DNA of 35,576 nt from Galactobacter sp. (GTDB lineage: Bacteria > Actinomycetota > Actinomycetes > Actinomycetales > Micrococcaceae): the NCBI GenBank assembly GCA_022712075.1, contig JALAHE010000108.1, forward strand, positions 1-35,576. The letters run 5' to 3'. This document shows, one piece after another, positions 1 to 9,073 of this stretch; within the stretch, counting starts at the first letter, position 1, and the number at the start of each line of letters is the position of its first letter. Under the pieces are notes generated by a model. It worked only from the letters and a program-made list of their open reading frames with translations, was not told the DNA's origin and did not search any database. The position numbers and the translations under genes are program-made.

Positions 1-1
1 C

Positions 2-979
2 CAGACGGCCCGCGCCGAACTCGCCCAGCTCGTGGTGCTCGCCGACCGTCTGCTCGGCGCGCATCCCGCGCGCGCGGGCGTCGGGGCCGCCCGCCCCGGC
101 CAGTTCGAACCGGGCCGCGGCTACGTGGTGCCCGGGGACGACACCGCTGCCGTGCTCATGGTGGCCCCGCTCTCCGTGGCCGGTCAGCTGCGCGAGGGGC
201 TCTTCGACGGGCACACCGTGGTTCTCACCTCGGCCACGCTCGCCCTCGGCGCCAAGTTCGAACCCGTCGCGGGTGACCTCGGCCTCATGGGCGCCGGCGC
301 CCCCGAATGGGAGGCCATCGACGTCGGCAGCCCCTTCGACTACCCCGCGCAGGGCATGCTCTACGTGGCCCGCCAGCTCCCGCCGCCCGGCCGCGGCCTC
401 TCCGACGCCGCGCTGGACGAGATCGAGGCGCTCATCAAGGCCTCCGGCGGAGCAGCGCTCGCGCTCTTCTCCTCCCGGCGCGCCGCCGAGGAGGCGGCCG
501 AGGCCCTCCGCAAGCGCGTCGACGTGCCGATCCTGTGCCAGGGCGACGCGAGCATCCCCGAGCTCGTGCGGACCTTCGCGGCCGACGAGGAGACGTGCCT
601 CTTCGGCACCATGACCCTGTGGCAGGGCGTCGACGTGCCCGGGCCCAATTGCCGGCTCGTCATCATCGACCGCATCCCGTTCCCTCGCCCGGACGACCCG
701 CTCTCCACGGCGCGGACGCGCGACATCAACCAGCGTGGCGGCAACGGCTTCATGGCCGTCTCGGCCCAGCACGCGGCGGTGCGCCTGGCGCAGGGCGCCG
801 GACGCTTGATCCGCTCGGTGGGGGACCGCGGCGTCGTCGCGATCCTCGACTCGCGCATGGTCAGCAAGGGCTACGGCGGCTTCCTGAAGGACACCCTGCC
901 CCCGCTCTGGCCCACGACCGACCGCGCCACCGTGCTCGGCGCGCTCGGCCGCCTCTCGCAGGCGCCGGCCGCGAGCTAG
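2..979 (+). CDS. dinG: ATP-dependent DNA helicase, DinG/YoaA family (5'-truncated by window edge)
   Basis: SF2 helicase C-terminal motifs: LTSATL, SPFDY, LFSS, WQGVDVPG, VIIDRIPFPRPDDP, QGAGRLIR, DRGVVAILDSR. The frame is open from the window start. Confidence 0.9.
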   Translation, partial: QTARAELAQLVVLADRLLGAHPARAGVGAARPGQFEPGRGYVVPGDDTAAVLMVAPLSVAGQLREGLFDGHTVVLTSATLALGAKFEPVAGDLGLMGAGAPEWEAIDVGSPFDYPAQGMLYVARQLPPPGRGLSDAALDEIEALIKASGGAALALFSSRRAAEEAAEALRKRVDVPILCQGDASIPELVRTFAADEETCLFGTMTLWQGVDVPGPNCRLVIIDRIPFPRPDDPLSTARTRDINQRGGNGFMAVSAQHAAVRLAQGAGRLIRSVGDRGVVAILDSRMVSKGYGGFLKDTLPPLWPTTDRATVLGALGRLSQAPAAS

Positions 980-1001
980 CGCTGCCTTCGCCGCACACAC
1001 G

Positions 1002-1035
1002 AAGCGCCCCGATCCGCGTGAGGACCGGGGCGCTT
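1002..1035. terminator. Hairpin between convergent dinG and lexA, probable terminator
   Basis: AAGCGCCCCG(1002-1011)...CGGGGCGCTT(1026-1035) inverted repeat with inner TCC/GGA pairing. Confidence 0.7.
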
Positions 1036-1058
1036 GGCGTTGGCGCGAGCGGCGCGCC

Positions 1059-1877
1059 CTAGAGCGAGCGCAACACCGAGACCACCTTGCCCATGACGGT
1101 GGCGTGGTCGCCGAGGATCGGCTCGTACTGCGAGTTCTGCGGGAGCAGCCAGGTGTGGCCATCGCGCTGGCGGAAGGTCTTGACCGTGGCTTCGTCGTCC
1201 AGCAGCGCCGCGACGATGTCGCCGTTGACGGCGTTGTCCTGGCGGCGCACCACCACCCAGTCCCCGTCGCAGATGGCGGCGTCGATCATTGAGTCGCCGG
1301 AAACCTTGAGCATGAACAGCTCGCCGTGACCCACGAGCTGGCGGGGGAGCGGGAACACATCCTCGACCTGCTGCTCGGCCAGGATGGGACCGCCGGCCGC
1401 GATGCGGCCCACGAGCGGGACCATGGCCTGATGCTCGGTGCCAGGGAACTCCAGGGGGGCGGGGGCTTCCTGCACGACGGCGGGCGCCTGGCTGGGTGCC
1501 TCCGGCGCCTTGACGGCGCGGGCCGGCTCGAGGCGCAGCCCGTCCGGGCCCAGGACCTCGATGGCGCGCGGCAGGCGCGGGTCGCGGCGGACGTAGCCGG
1601 CCTTCTCCAGCTGCCCCAACTGGTGGGTCACGGAGGAGAGGGACTTCAGGCCCACGGCGTCGCCGATCTCACGCATGGTGGGCGGGTAGCCGTGCTTCTC
1701 GGTGGAGGAGGTGATGGCCTCGAGGATCTGGCGCTGACGGGTGGTCAGGGCCTTGCGCGGGGTCTGCGGCTCGGTACTGGGGCGGCTCACGCGTTCCTCC
1801 TGCGCTACTCCGTTCCTGCGGAACGGGGGCGTATCCCGATCGGGTTCGATCGAGCTGTCGGGGGTGGCGGTTTCCAT
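1059..1877 (-). CDS. lexA: SOS repressor LexA
   Basis: wHTH (LTTRQRQIL...[15 protein letters not shown]), Ala-Gly cleavage site (IAAGGP), catalytic Ser (GDSM) and Lys (ATVKTF). AAGAAGGGG RBS upstream of ATG 1877; the exact start is uncertain. Confidence 0.96.
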   Translation of the reverse strand: METATPDSSIEPDRDTPPFRRNGVAQEERVSRPSTEPQTPRKALTTRQRQILEAITSSTEKHGYPPTMREIGDAVGLKSLSSVTHQLGQLEKAGYVRRDPRLPRAIEVLGPDGLRLEPARAVKAPEAPSQAPAVVQEAPAPLEFPGTEHQAMVPLVGRIAAGGPILAEQQVEDVFPLPRQLVGHGELFMLKVSGDSMIDAAICDGDWVVVRRQDNAVNGDIVAALLDDEATVKTFRQRDGHTWLLPQNSQYEPILGDHATVMGKVVSVLRSL

Positions 1878-1929
1878 AAGAGCCGTACCCCTTCTTAGGT
1901 CTCAAGGTTAGGCCACTGGGGGACATGAT

Positions 1930-2013
1930 TCAAAGATTTGTTCGAACGTGTCTCGACACGGATCGAACACACGTGCTAGAAATGACTCAACGCACTTCGA
2001 AGATCTCTTCGAA
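1930..2013. promoter_or_regulatory. Cluster of LexA (SOS) boxes in the lexA/LysM divergent promoter
   Basis: Against the actinobacterial consensus TCGAAC-N4-GTTCGA: TCAAAG-ATTT-GTTCGA (1930-1945), TCGAAC-ACAC-GTGCTA (1963-1978), TCGAAG-ATCT-CTTCGA (1997-2012). Candidate lexA -10 TAACCT on the minus strand at 1905-1910. Confidence 0.8.
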
Positions 2014-2056
2014 TGCCCGGCCCCGTGGTTTCGAATCCGTTCGAAAGGTGAACCCC

Positions 2057-2413
2057 ATGTCGCAGATCGCTCTCTCCGCTCCCGCTGCCCAGCTTGCCCC
2101 GCTCCGCCTGACGGCGCGCGGTCGCCTCGTGCTCCTGGCGCTCCCGCTCCTGATGATCGTCACGGTGACCACGCTCATCATCGGCGCCTGGTTGGCCCCC
2201 GCCAGCGCCTCGCAGACCCACCTCACCGGTCCCGGCACCGGCCTCGAGGAGGTCACGGTCATGGAGGGCGATTCGCTGTGGGGCCTGGCCCGCGAGTTTG
2301 CTCCGACGCAGGACACCCGCGAGGTCGTCAGCCGCATCGCCTCGCTCAACGCAGACACGGGCGTGCTCAAGCCCGGACAGACGCTCATCGTCCCGAGCGA
2401 CGCCCAGGACTGA
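2057..2413 (+). CDS. Membrane-anchored LysM protein, SOS cell-division inhibitor type (ChiZ/YneA-like)
   Basis: LRLTARGR motif, one TM helix, C-terminal LysM (VMEGDSLWGLA...IASLN...LKPGQTLIVP). Divergent from lexA; AAAGGTG RBS before ATG 2057. Confidence 0.85.
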   Translation: MSQIALSAPAAQLAPLRLTARGRLVLLALPLLMIVTVTTLIIGAWLAPASASQTHLTGPGTGLEEVTVMEGDSLWGLAREFAPTQDTREVVSRIASLNADTGVLKPGQTLIVPSDAQD

Positions 2414-2523
2414 GCCGCACCCCATGATTTGTGAGCCGCTTGGCTCACGCCCCACGTGTTCCCTCCGAGGGTGCTGCGGACGACAGGTCACCTCGTCTGC
2501 CTCGGCGGGTCACACCCCTCACG

Positions 2524-2552
2524 GCCCCGGCCTCCGTCATGGAGGCCGGGGC
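2524..2552 (+). terminator. Hairpin terminator downstream of the LysM gene
   Basis: GCCCCGGCCTCC-gtcat-GGAGGCCGGGGC perfect 12-bp stem followed by TCTGT. Confidence 0.7.
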
Positions 2553-2581
2553 TCTGTCGTGATCGACCTAGACTTCAAGGC

Positions 2582-3703
2582 GTGAGCCAAGATCGCCTCG
2601 AACTCCTCTCCCAGCTTCCCCTGCGCGACAATCTGCGTGGTCTGTCGCCCTACGGCGCGCCCCAGATCGACGTCCCCGTGCAGCTGAACGTCAACGAGAA
2701 CACCCATCCCATGCCCCAAGCGGTGGTGGACGCGATCACCGAGGCGGTCCGCGAGGCCGCCTCGAGTCTCAACCGATACCCCGACCGCGAGTTTGTCGCG
2801 CTGCGCGAGGACCTCGCCGCCTACCTGGGGCACGGCCTGAACGCCGACAACCTGTGGGCTGCCAACGGCTCCAACGAGGTACTCCAGCAGATCCTCCAGG
2901 CCTTCGGTGGCCCCGGGCGCACCCTGCTGAGCTTCCCGCCCACCTACTCCATGTACCCGCTGCTGGCCTCGGGCACCGACACCGGCTACCTCGAGGGCAA
3001 GCGCACTGGCGACTACACGCTCTCGGCCGATGACGCCGCGCGCCAGGTGATCGAGCACGAACCCAACATCGTCTTCCTGTGCTCGCCGAACAACCCCACC
3101 GGCACCGCGCTCGGGCTTGACGTCATCGAGGCCGTGTACGAGGCGGGGGCCGCGTTCAACACCGTCGTGGTCGTGGACGAGGCCTACGCCGAGTTCGCCC
3201 TGGCCGGCACCAGCTCCGCCCTCACCCTGCTCCCTGGCCGCGAACGCCTCATCGTCACGCGCACCATGTCCAAGGCCTTCGCCCTGGCCGGCGCCCGCCT
3301 CGGCTATCTCGCCGCCGCCCCCCAGGTCGTCGCCGCCCTGCGCCTCGTGCGCCTGCCGTGCCACCTCACCGCCGTCACACAGGCGACCGCCCGCGCCGCC
3401 CTGGCCCACGCCGACGTCCTCCTCGAGAACGTCGAGGACATCAAGCGCCAGCGCGACCGCATCGTCTCCGAACTCACGGCGCTGGGGCTCGTGCCCGCCG
3501 TCTCCGACTCGAACTTCGTGACCTTCGGCCGCCTCTCGGACCCCAACGCCGTGTTCGAGGCCCTCCTGGCGGACGGCATCATCGTGCGCAACAACGGCCT
3601 GCCGGGCCAACTGCGCGTCACGGCCGGAACCGAGGCTGAGACGAGCGCCTTCCTCTCGAGCCTGCGCGCCTACCTCGAGGCGCACCCGGACGCCAAGGCC
3701 TGA
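2582..3703 (+). CDS. hisC: Histidinol-phosphate aminotransferase
   Basis: LNVNEN, NRYPD, ANGSNE, CSPNNPTG, VDEAY, RTMSKAFALAGARLGY (PLP lysine). GTG 2582 lies 7 nt after a TAGACT -10, i.e. leaderless geometry. Confidence 0.95.
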   Translation: MSQDRLELLSQLPLRDNLRGLSPYGAPQIDVPVQLNVNENTHPMPQAVVDAITEAVREAASSLNRYPDREFVALREDLAAYLGHGLNADNLWAANGSNEVLQQILQAFGGPGRTLLSFPPTYSMYPLLASGTDTGYLEGKRTGDYTLSADDAARQVIEHEPNIVFLCSPNNPTGTALGLDVIEAVYEAGAAFNTVVVVDEAYAEFALAGTSSALTLLPGRERLIVTRTMSKAFALAGARLGYLAAAPQVVAALRLVRLPCHLTAVTQATARAALAHADVLLENVEDIKRQRDRIVSELTALGLVPAVSDSNFVTFGRLSDPNAVFEALLADGIIVRNNGLPGQLRVTAGTEAETSAFLSSLRAYLEAHPDAKA

Positions 3704-3789
3704 CGGCACGTCCCGACAGCGATTGCCGGCACCGACGCCGGTAGACTGAAGCCACCCACCCCACTTTGAGCGACGGAGTACGAAACAGC

Positions 3790-4410
3790 ATGCCCGCCGA
3801 ACTCCTCTCCGGCCGCAAGGCCCGGATGGAACGCGTCACCAGCGAGTCAAGCGTGCTCGTCGAGATCGATCTCGACGGCACCGGCCGCGCCACCATCGAC
3901 ACCTCGGTGCCGTTCTACGACCACATGCTCACGGCCCTGGCCAAGCATTCGCTGATCGACCTCACGGTGAAGTCCACGGGCGACACCCACATCGACGTGC
4001 ACCACACCGTGGAGGACACGGCGATCGCCTTCGGCGAGGTGCTCCGCACGGCGCTCGGCGACAAGAGCGGCATCCGTCGCTTCGGCACGGCCACCGTCCC
4101 GCTGGACGAGTCGCTGGCGCGCGCCGTCGTCGACATCTCCGGCCGCCCCTTCCTGGTGCACGAGGGTGAGCCGGAGGGGCAGCAGTACCACCTCATCGGC
4201 GGCCACTTCACCGGCTCCATGACCCGCCACGTCTTCGAGGCCATCGCCTTCCACGCCGGCATCTGCCTGCACGTGGACGTGCTGCGCGGCCGCGATCCGC
4301 ACCACATCGTCGAGTCGCAGTTCAAGGCTTTCGCCCGCGCCTTGCGCGAGGCCGTGGAGCCGGACGCCCGCATGGCCGGCCAGATCCCGTCCACGAAGGG
4401 CGCCCTCTGA
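3790..4410 (+). CDS. hisB: Imidazoleglycerol-phosphate dehydratase
   Basis: [26 protein letters not shown] metal-binding motifs. Confidence 0.96.
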   Translation: MPAELLSGRKARMERVTSESSVLVEIDLDGTGRATIDTSVPFYDHMLTALAKHSLIDLTVKSTGDTHIDVHHTVEDTAIAFGEVLRTALGDKSGIRRFGTATVPLDESLARAVVDISGRPFLVHEGEPEGQQYHLIGGHFTGSMTRHVFEAIAFHAGICLHVDVLRGRDPHHIVESQFKAFARALREAVEPDARMAGQIPSTKGAL

Positions 4411-5042
4411 TGGCTCCCAAGGTCACGGTCCTGGATTACGGGGCTGGCAACGTTCGCTCGGCCGTGCGCGCGCTCGAGCACGTGGGCGCCGAGGTCAAGC
4501 TCTCCCGCGATCCGCAGGACATCAAGGAGGCCGACGGCCTGCTTGTCCCGGGCGTCGGCGCCTACGCCGCCGTCATGGACGCTCTTAAGGCCTCCGGTTC
4601 CCTGCGTCACCTGGGCTACCGCATCGCTGGCGGCCGCGCCACGATGGGCATCTGCGTCGGCCACCAGGTCTTCTTCGAGGCCGGTGTGGAGCATGGCGTG
4701 CGCACCGAGGGCCTGGGGGAGTGGCCGGGCGTCGTCGAGCGCCTTCCAGCTCCCGTGGTGCCGCACATGGGCTGGAACACGGTCAAGGCCCCCGAGGGCT
4801 CCCGCCTGTTCGCGGGTATCGAGGACGAGCGCTTCTACTTTGTGCACTCCTACGGCGTGCTGGACTGGAACTTCGACGTGACGCAGCCGGCCATGCGGCC
4901 CCCGCTCGTCACGTGGGCCGAGCACGGCGCCCCGTTCATCGCCGCCGTGGAGAACGGCTCGCTGAGCGCCACGCAGTTCCACCCGGAGAAGTCGGGAGAC
5001 GCCGGGGCAGCCCTGCTGAAGAACTGGATGGGGACGTTCTGA
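4410..5042 (+). CDS. hisH: Imidazole glycerol phosphate synthase glutaminase subunit
   Basis: DYGAGN, PGVGA, GICVG (catalytic Cys), VPHMGWN, YFVHSY, QFHPEKS. TGATG overlap with hisB. Confidence 0.96.
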   Translation: MAPKVTVLDYGAGNVRSAVRALEHVGAEVKLSRDPQDIKEADGLLVPGVGAYAAVMDALKASGSLRHLGYRIAGGRATMGICVGHQVFFEAGVEHGVRTEGLGEWPGVVERLPAPVVPHMGWNTVKAPEGSRLFAGIEDERFYFVHSYGVLDWNFDVTQPAMRPPLVTWAEHGAPFIAAVENGSLSATQFHPEKSGDAGAALLKNWMGTF

Positions 5043-5197
5043 TGGGACCCGTCCTGCTCATGGCACTCGGTGGCCTGCTCGCCGGCGGCGCCTTCTCCCT
5101 CAAGAAGCAAGGCGCGGGGCTCACCTGGGTCATCGTGTGCGGCGCCCTCGCGGTCATGTCGCTCGTGGCGGCCTGGGCCCTCACCTACAAGCTCTAG
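5042..5197 (+). CDS. Small two-TM membrane protein (51 aa) inside the his operon
   Basis: [54 protein letters not shown] overlaps the hisH stop (TGATG); two hydrophobic stretches; GC-rich third codon positions. Confidence 0.8.
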   Translation: MGPVLLMALGGLLAGGAFSLKKQGAGLTWVIVCGALAVMSLVAAWALTYKL

Positions 5198-5309
5198 CCC
5201 GCACCGGGCGAACGCGGCGCGGGCCCCCGGCCCGCGCCGCTTCCATCACCACGCACCACCCGCATCCCCGGCCGCAGCGCGAGCGGCCACGTTGAAGGAC
5301 ACACGCACC

Positions 5310-6056
5310 ATGAGTGAGACCACCGAGGCCCAGCGCCTGGTTCTGTTCCCCGCCGTCGACATCGCCGACGGCCAGGCCGTCCGCCTCGTCCAGGGCGAGG
5401 CCGGCTCCGAGACCGGCTACGGCGATCCCTTCGATGCCGCCGCGAAGTGGCAGGAGGCCGGCGCCGAATGGATCCACGTCGTGGATCTGGACGCCGCCTT
5501 CGACCGTGGTTCAAACGTCGACGTGCTGCGTCGCATCGCCACCGAGCTGCACCTGAAGGTGGAGCTCTCCGGCGGCATCCGCGACGACGCGTCTCTGGCC
5601 CGCGCCGCCGAATGGGGCGCCTCGCGCGTGAACATCGGCACCGCCGCCCTGGAGAACCCGGAGTGGACCGCCCGCGCCATCGCCGAGTACGGCGACCTCA
5701 TCGCCGTGGGCCTGGACGTCCGCGGCACCACCCTCTCCGGCCACGGCTGGACCAAGGACGGCGGCGACCTGTGGGACGTCCTTGCCCGCCTCGAGGACGC
5801 CGGCTGCGCCCGCTACGTCGTGACGGACGTGACGAAGGACGGCACCCTGACGGGCCCGAACACCGAGCTGCTCGGCGACATCGCCCGCCGCACGCACAAG
5901 CCGGTCATCGCCTCCGGCGGCATCTCCTCTCTCGAGGACCTCGCCGCCCTGCGCGGCCTCGTCGCCGACGGCGTCGAGGGTGCCATCGTAGGCAAGGCGC
6001 TTTATGCCGGCCGCTTCACGCTGCCCGAGGCGCTTGAGGTGGCCGGACGCCCGTGA
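5310..6056 (+). CDS. priA: Bifunctional phosphoribosyl isomerase PriA (HisA/TrpF)
   Basis: [70 protein letters not shown] upstream. Confidence 0.93.
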   Translation: MSETTEAQRLVLFPAVDIADGQAVRLVQGEAGSETGYGDPFDAAAKWQEAGAEWIHVVDLDAAFDRGSNVDVLRRIATELHLKVELSGGIRDDASLARAAEWGASRVNIGTAALENPEWTARAIAEYGDLIAVGLDVRGTTLSGHGWTKDGGDLWDVLARLEDAGCARYVVTDVTKDGTLTGPNTELLGDIARRTHKPVIASGGISSLEDLAALRGLVADGVEGAIVGKALYAGRFTLPEALEVAGRP

Positions 6057-6907
6057 GCCCCAAGAAGGAACTGCCCGAGCACATCAAGGCGGCCCTGCTC
6101 CGCGGCGCCGGCGGCGCCGCGGATACGGCGGGCCAGTCGTGGGAGGGACGCGACCTCTCCGGCGAGGGCAACCCCCTGCACCAGCACGACGGCGACGACG
6201 GCCGGGCCGACGCCCGCCTCGAGCTCGCCCTCGAGGGCCTCTACGCCGGCATGAACGGCGAGGAGGCGGTCATCGAGGCCCTCGCGGACGCGCGCGTCTT
6301 CGTGCCCGTCATCGCCCAAACGGGCGAGACGGTCGTTGGCGCCCACGGGGAGATCGAGGACAAGGAGGCCGACATGGCCCTCGTCATGATCTCCGCCCCT
6401 GACGGCCGCAAGGCGCTGCCGATCTTCTCCGCCGTGGATCTGCTCACGCAGTGGCACCCGGAGGCGCGCCCCGTGGCCGTCTACGCCCCTCGCGCGGCCC
6501 TCTCCGCCGCCGCGGAGGAGGCCCAGCTGCTCGTGCTCGATCCGGCCGCCGAGGTCACCTTTGTGGTGCGCCGCCCGGCCATGTGGGCGCTCGCGCAGCA
6601 GCGCACGTGGGTCCCGAGCTACAAGGACGAGTCCCTGCTTCCCGCCCTCCAGGCCGTCGCCGACGCGACCGATGGCGTGAACGGGCTGGTCCTCGAACCG
6701 GGTCCCGGCGTGGCCTCGCGCGCCCGCGACGGCCGCGTGCTGGCCGGCGGCGGCCACGGCCCCGAGCTGGGCATCACGATCATCGTTGGCCCCGAGGCGA
6801 ACGACGACGACGTGCCGGGCCTCGTCGCCCGGGTTCAGGACGCGCTGGGCGCCGTCGACGCGCTGCGGGAGGCGGCCGACTCGGTCACCATGGGCGTGCG
6901 CAGATGA
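6053..6907 (+). CDS. SseB family protein
   Basis: [22 protein letters not shown]...[25 protein letters not shown]: typical actinobacterial SseB N-terminal pattern. GTGA overlap with priA. Confidence 0.8.
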   Translation: MSPKKELPEHIKAALLRGAGGAADTAGQSWEGRDLSGEGNPLHQHDGDDGRADARLELALEGLYAGMNGEEAVIEALADARVFVPVIAQTGETVVGAHGEIEDKEADMALVMISAPDGRKALPIFSAVDLLTQWHPEARPVAVYAPRAALSAAAEEAQLLVLDPAAEVTFVVRRPAMWALAQQRTWVPSYKDESLLPALQAVADATDGVNGLVLEPGPGVASRARDGRVLAGGGHGPELGITIIVGPEANDDDVPGLVARVQDALGAVDALREAADSVTMGVRR

Positions 6908-8190
6908 GCGCGGCGTCGGCCCCCGGCGGCGCCTTCGCCCAGTACTGGCGCATCCTGCGCCGCCCGCACGTGGCGCCGCTGCTCGCGGTGGGCTTCCTGG
7001 GGCGCCTGCCGCACTCCGTGACGGCGGTGCTTGTCACCCTTCACGTGACCCACACGCTGGGCATGGATTACCTCTATGCCGGCATGGCGGCGGCGATCCT
7101 GACGATCGGCATCGCGTTCGGCGCCCCGTGGCGCGGGCGCCGGATCGACACGGTGGGCCTGCGTCGCGCCGTCGTGCCCTCGATCATCGTCGAAGGTTTG
7201 GCGTGGGGGCTCGCGCCCTTCGTCTCCTACCCGTTCCTGTTGGTCCTGCTCTTCGCGGCCGGGCTGTATTCGCTCCCCGTCTTCACGATCATCCGCCAGT
7301 CGCTCTCCGTGATGATGCGCGGCGACGATCGGCGCACCTCCTTCTCCCTGGACTCGATGGTCACCGAGCTGGTGTTCATCCTCGGACCGGGTGGCGCCGC
7401 CGTCGTGGCGAGCGCGATCTCCTCCAAGGTGGCGCTCATCGGCACGGGCGCGCTCGTGGTGCTGGCCGGCGTCGTGCTGCTCTGGCGCAACCCGCCCACG
7501 CGTTCCTCGCAGCTCGAGGGGACGCATCGCGAGGCCATCGGCGAGCTCGAGTCGCCCGGCCGCCACGACGAGGCGGCCGTCGTCACGGGGGCCATCCCGG
7601 TCGTGAGCGCCCAGGCGCCCGCGCCCAAGCGCTTCTCGTGGGTCACGCCCGGCGTCATCGCGATGCTCATCATGAGCGCGGGGGCCGGCATGTCGCTCTC
7701 CGGCACGGAGGTCGGCGTGGTTGCCTTCTCCGAGCATGCCGGAGACACGAGCATGGGCCTGTGGTGGGCCTACGGTGTCTGGTCGGCGGCGTCGCTCGTG
7801 GGCGGCTTCCTCTACGGCGCGCAGAAGCGCCGCTACGACCCGCTCGGCATCATCACGATCATGGGCATCGCGCTGATCCCCGCCGCCTTTGCCCCCGACA
7901 TGTTCTGGCTCGGCATCCTGCTGGTCCTGTCCGGCTTCTTCGTTGCCCCGCTCATGACGGCGGCCTCCGAGCGCCTCACCGAGCAGGTGGCCGAACGCCA
8001 CCGCGGCGAGGCCATGGGCTGGTACGGCTCGGCCATGACCGCCGGCACGGCGCTCGGCACGCCGCTCGTGGGCGTCGTGATCGACACGGCTGGCCCGCAG
8101 GCCGCGTTCCTGGCGCTGGCCGGCGTCGCGATCGTCACGGGCGTCGGCACCATGGCGCTGCGCAGCCTGCGCCGCGCCCGCCGCGCCTGA
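6904..8190 (+). CDS. MFS transporter
   Basis: About 12 hydrophobic segments, motif A-like PWRGRRIDTVGLRR, SLDSMVTELVFILGP. ATGA overlap with SseB. Confidence 0.88.
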   Translation: MSAASAPGGAFAQYWRILRRPHVAPLLAVGFLGRLPHSVTAVLVTLHVTHTLGMDYLYAGMAAAILTIGIAFGAPWRGRRIDTVGLRRAVVPSIIVEGLAWGLAPFVSYPFLLVLLFAAGLYSLPVFTIIRQSLSVMMRGDDRRTSFSLDSMVTELVFILGPGGAAVVASAISSKVALIGTGALVVLAGVVLLWRNPPTRSSQLEGTHREAIGELESPGRHDEAAVVTGAIPVVSAQAPAPKRFSWVTPGVIAMLIMSAGAGMSLSGTEVGVVAFSEHAGDTSMGLWWAYGVWSAASLVGGFLYGAQKRRYDPLGIITIMGIALIPAAFAPDMFWLGILLVLSGFFVAPLMTAASERLTEQVAERHRGEAMGWYGSAMTAGTALGTPLVGVVIDTAGPQAAFLALAGVAIVTGVGTMALRSLRRARRA

Positions 8191-8335
8191 CGCGATCGGG
8201 GCTCCGGCCCACCATGCACGACGGCGCGTGGCAGCGCCGTGTGCCTCGCGTCGCCTTCGCCGGACCGACCGGCGGGGCGGCCGCCACCTGGCCGGCGGGT
8301 CGGGGACCGGCCGCGCAAGACACGCGCAAGACAAA

Positions 8336-8366
8336 GGCGGCGTCCCCCGGAAAGGGGGACGCCGCC
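8336..8366 (-). terminator. Intrinsic terminator for DUF1844 (possibly bidirectional)
   Basis: GGCGGCGTCCCCC-ggaaa-GGGGGACGCCGCC 13-bp stem; TTTGTCTT follows on the minus strand. Confidence 0.75.
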
Positions 8367-8387
8367 GTCGTGCTCTTGGGCTGAAGG

Positions 8388-8783
8388 TCAGTTCACCGGG
8401 CCGGTGAACTTCTCGCCCGGGCCCTTGCCCGGGGCGTCCGGGATGAGGGAGGCCTCGCGGAAGGCCAGCTGCAGGGAACGCAGGCCGTCGCGCAGGGGAG
8501 CCGCGTGCTGGCTGCCGATCTCGGGGGCGGCGGCCGTGACGAGGCCGGCGAGGGACGTGATCAGCTTGCGCGCCTCGTCGAGGTCCTTCAGGGCCTCGGC
8601 GTCGGGGCCCTCGGCGAGGCCCACCTTGACGGCGGCGGCGCTCATGAGGTGAACGGCGGTGGTGTTGATCACCTCGATCGCGGGAACCTCGGCGATATCG
8701 CGCAGCTGCGGGGCTGCGGCCTCGGCCAGCTCCTCGTCGGTGAAGGAGTGGCGGTGGCCGGAATTGGTCGGGGGAGTACTCAT
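8388..8783 (-). CDS. DUF1844 domain protein
   Basis: RDIAEVPAIEVI...AVHLMSAAAVKVGL...DLDEARKLI...LRSLQLAFREAS...PGKGPGEK. Sits divergent to infC, as usual in actinobacteria. Confidence 0.85.
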   Translation of the reverse strand: MSTPPTNSGHRHSFTDEELAEAAAPQLRDIAEVPAIEVINTTAVHLMSAAAVKVGLAEGPDAEALKDLDEARKLITSLAGLVTAAAPEIGSQHAAPLRDGLRSLQLAFREASLIPDAPGKGPGEKFTGPVN

Positions 8784-8859
8784 ACTGCTAAGCTTGTCAC
8801 AAGACCGTCCCGTGACGGATTCCTGCTTCGCCCCAAGGGGCGTGAGAAGGGGCACGTAC

Positions 8860-9073
8860 ACGGGCTCAAGTGGAGGCCACCTCCCACCCGCGAATCGCCT
8901 ACGGGCGGCCGGGTCACGGCATCGGACGCGGAAGCCGCCCTGCAGCACGGGGTAGAGCACCGTAAGCGCTTAGCGGCGCCGCAGCCCGATCGTCGTTGGT
9001 GGCCCCCGCTTCACGAAGCCGGGGGCCTTTCCCGTTTGTGGGTCCGTCTTGATTCTTCTTGAAGGAGCACAAC
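8860..9073 (+). promoter_or_regulatory. Structured infC-rpmI-rplT 5' leader with terminator-like hairpin
   Basis: GGCCCCCG-CTT-cacg-AAG-c-CGGGGGCC-TTT (9001-9030). ACCCGCGAA (8886-8894) can pair with TTTGTGGGT (9035-9043). AAGGAG RBS at 9062-9067. Confidence 0.5.

Noticed and set aside
1905-1925. PafBC-type promoter at lexA (TGTCCC-N9-TAACCT)
   Set aside because: Two mismatches and a 9-nt rather than 10-nt spacer
5241-5270. CAT CAC CAC (HHH) codons upstream of priA as a His-attenuator leader peptide
   Set aside because: No nearby start codon or RBS in that frame and no terminator/antiterminator pair; it looks like an ordinary AC-rich spacer
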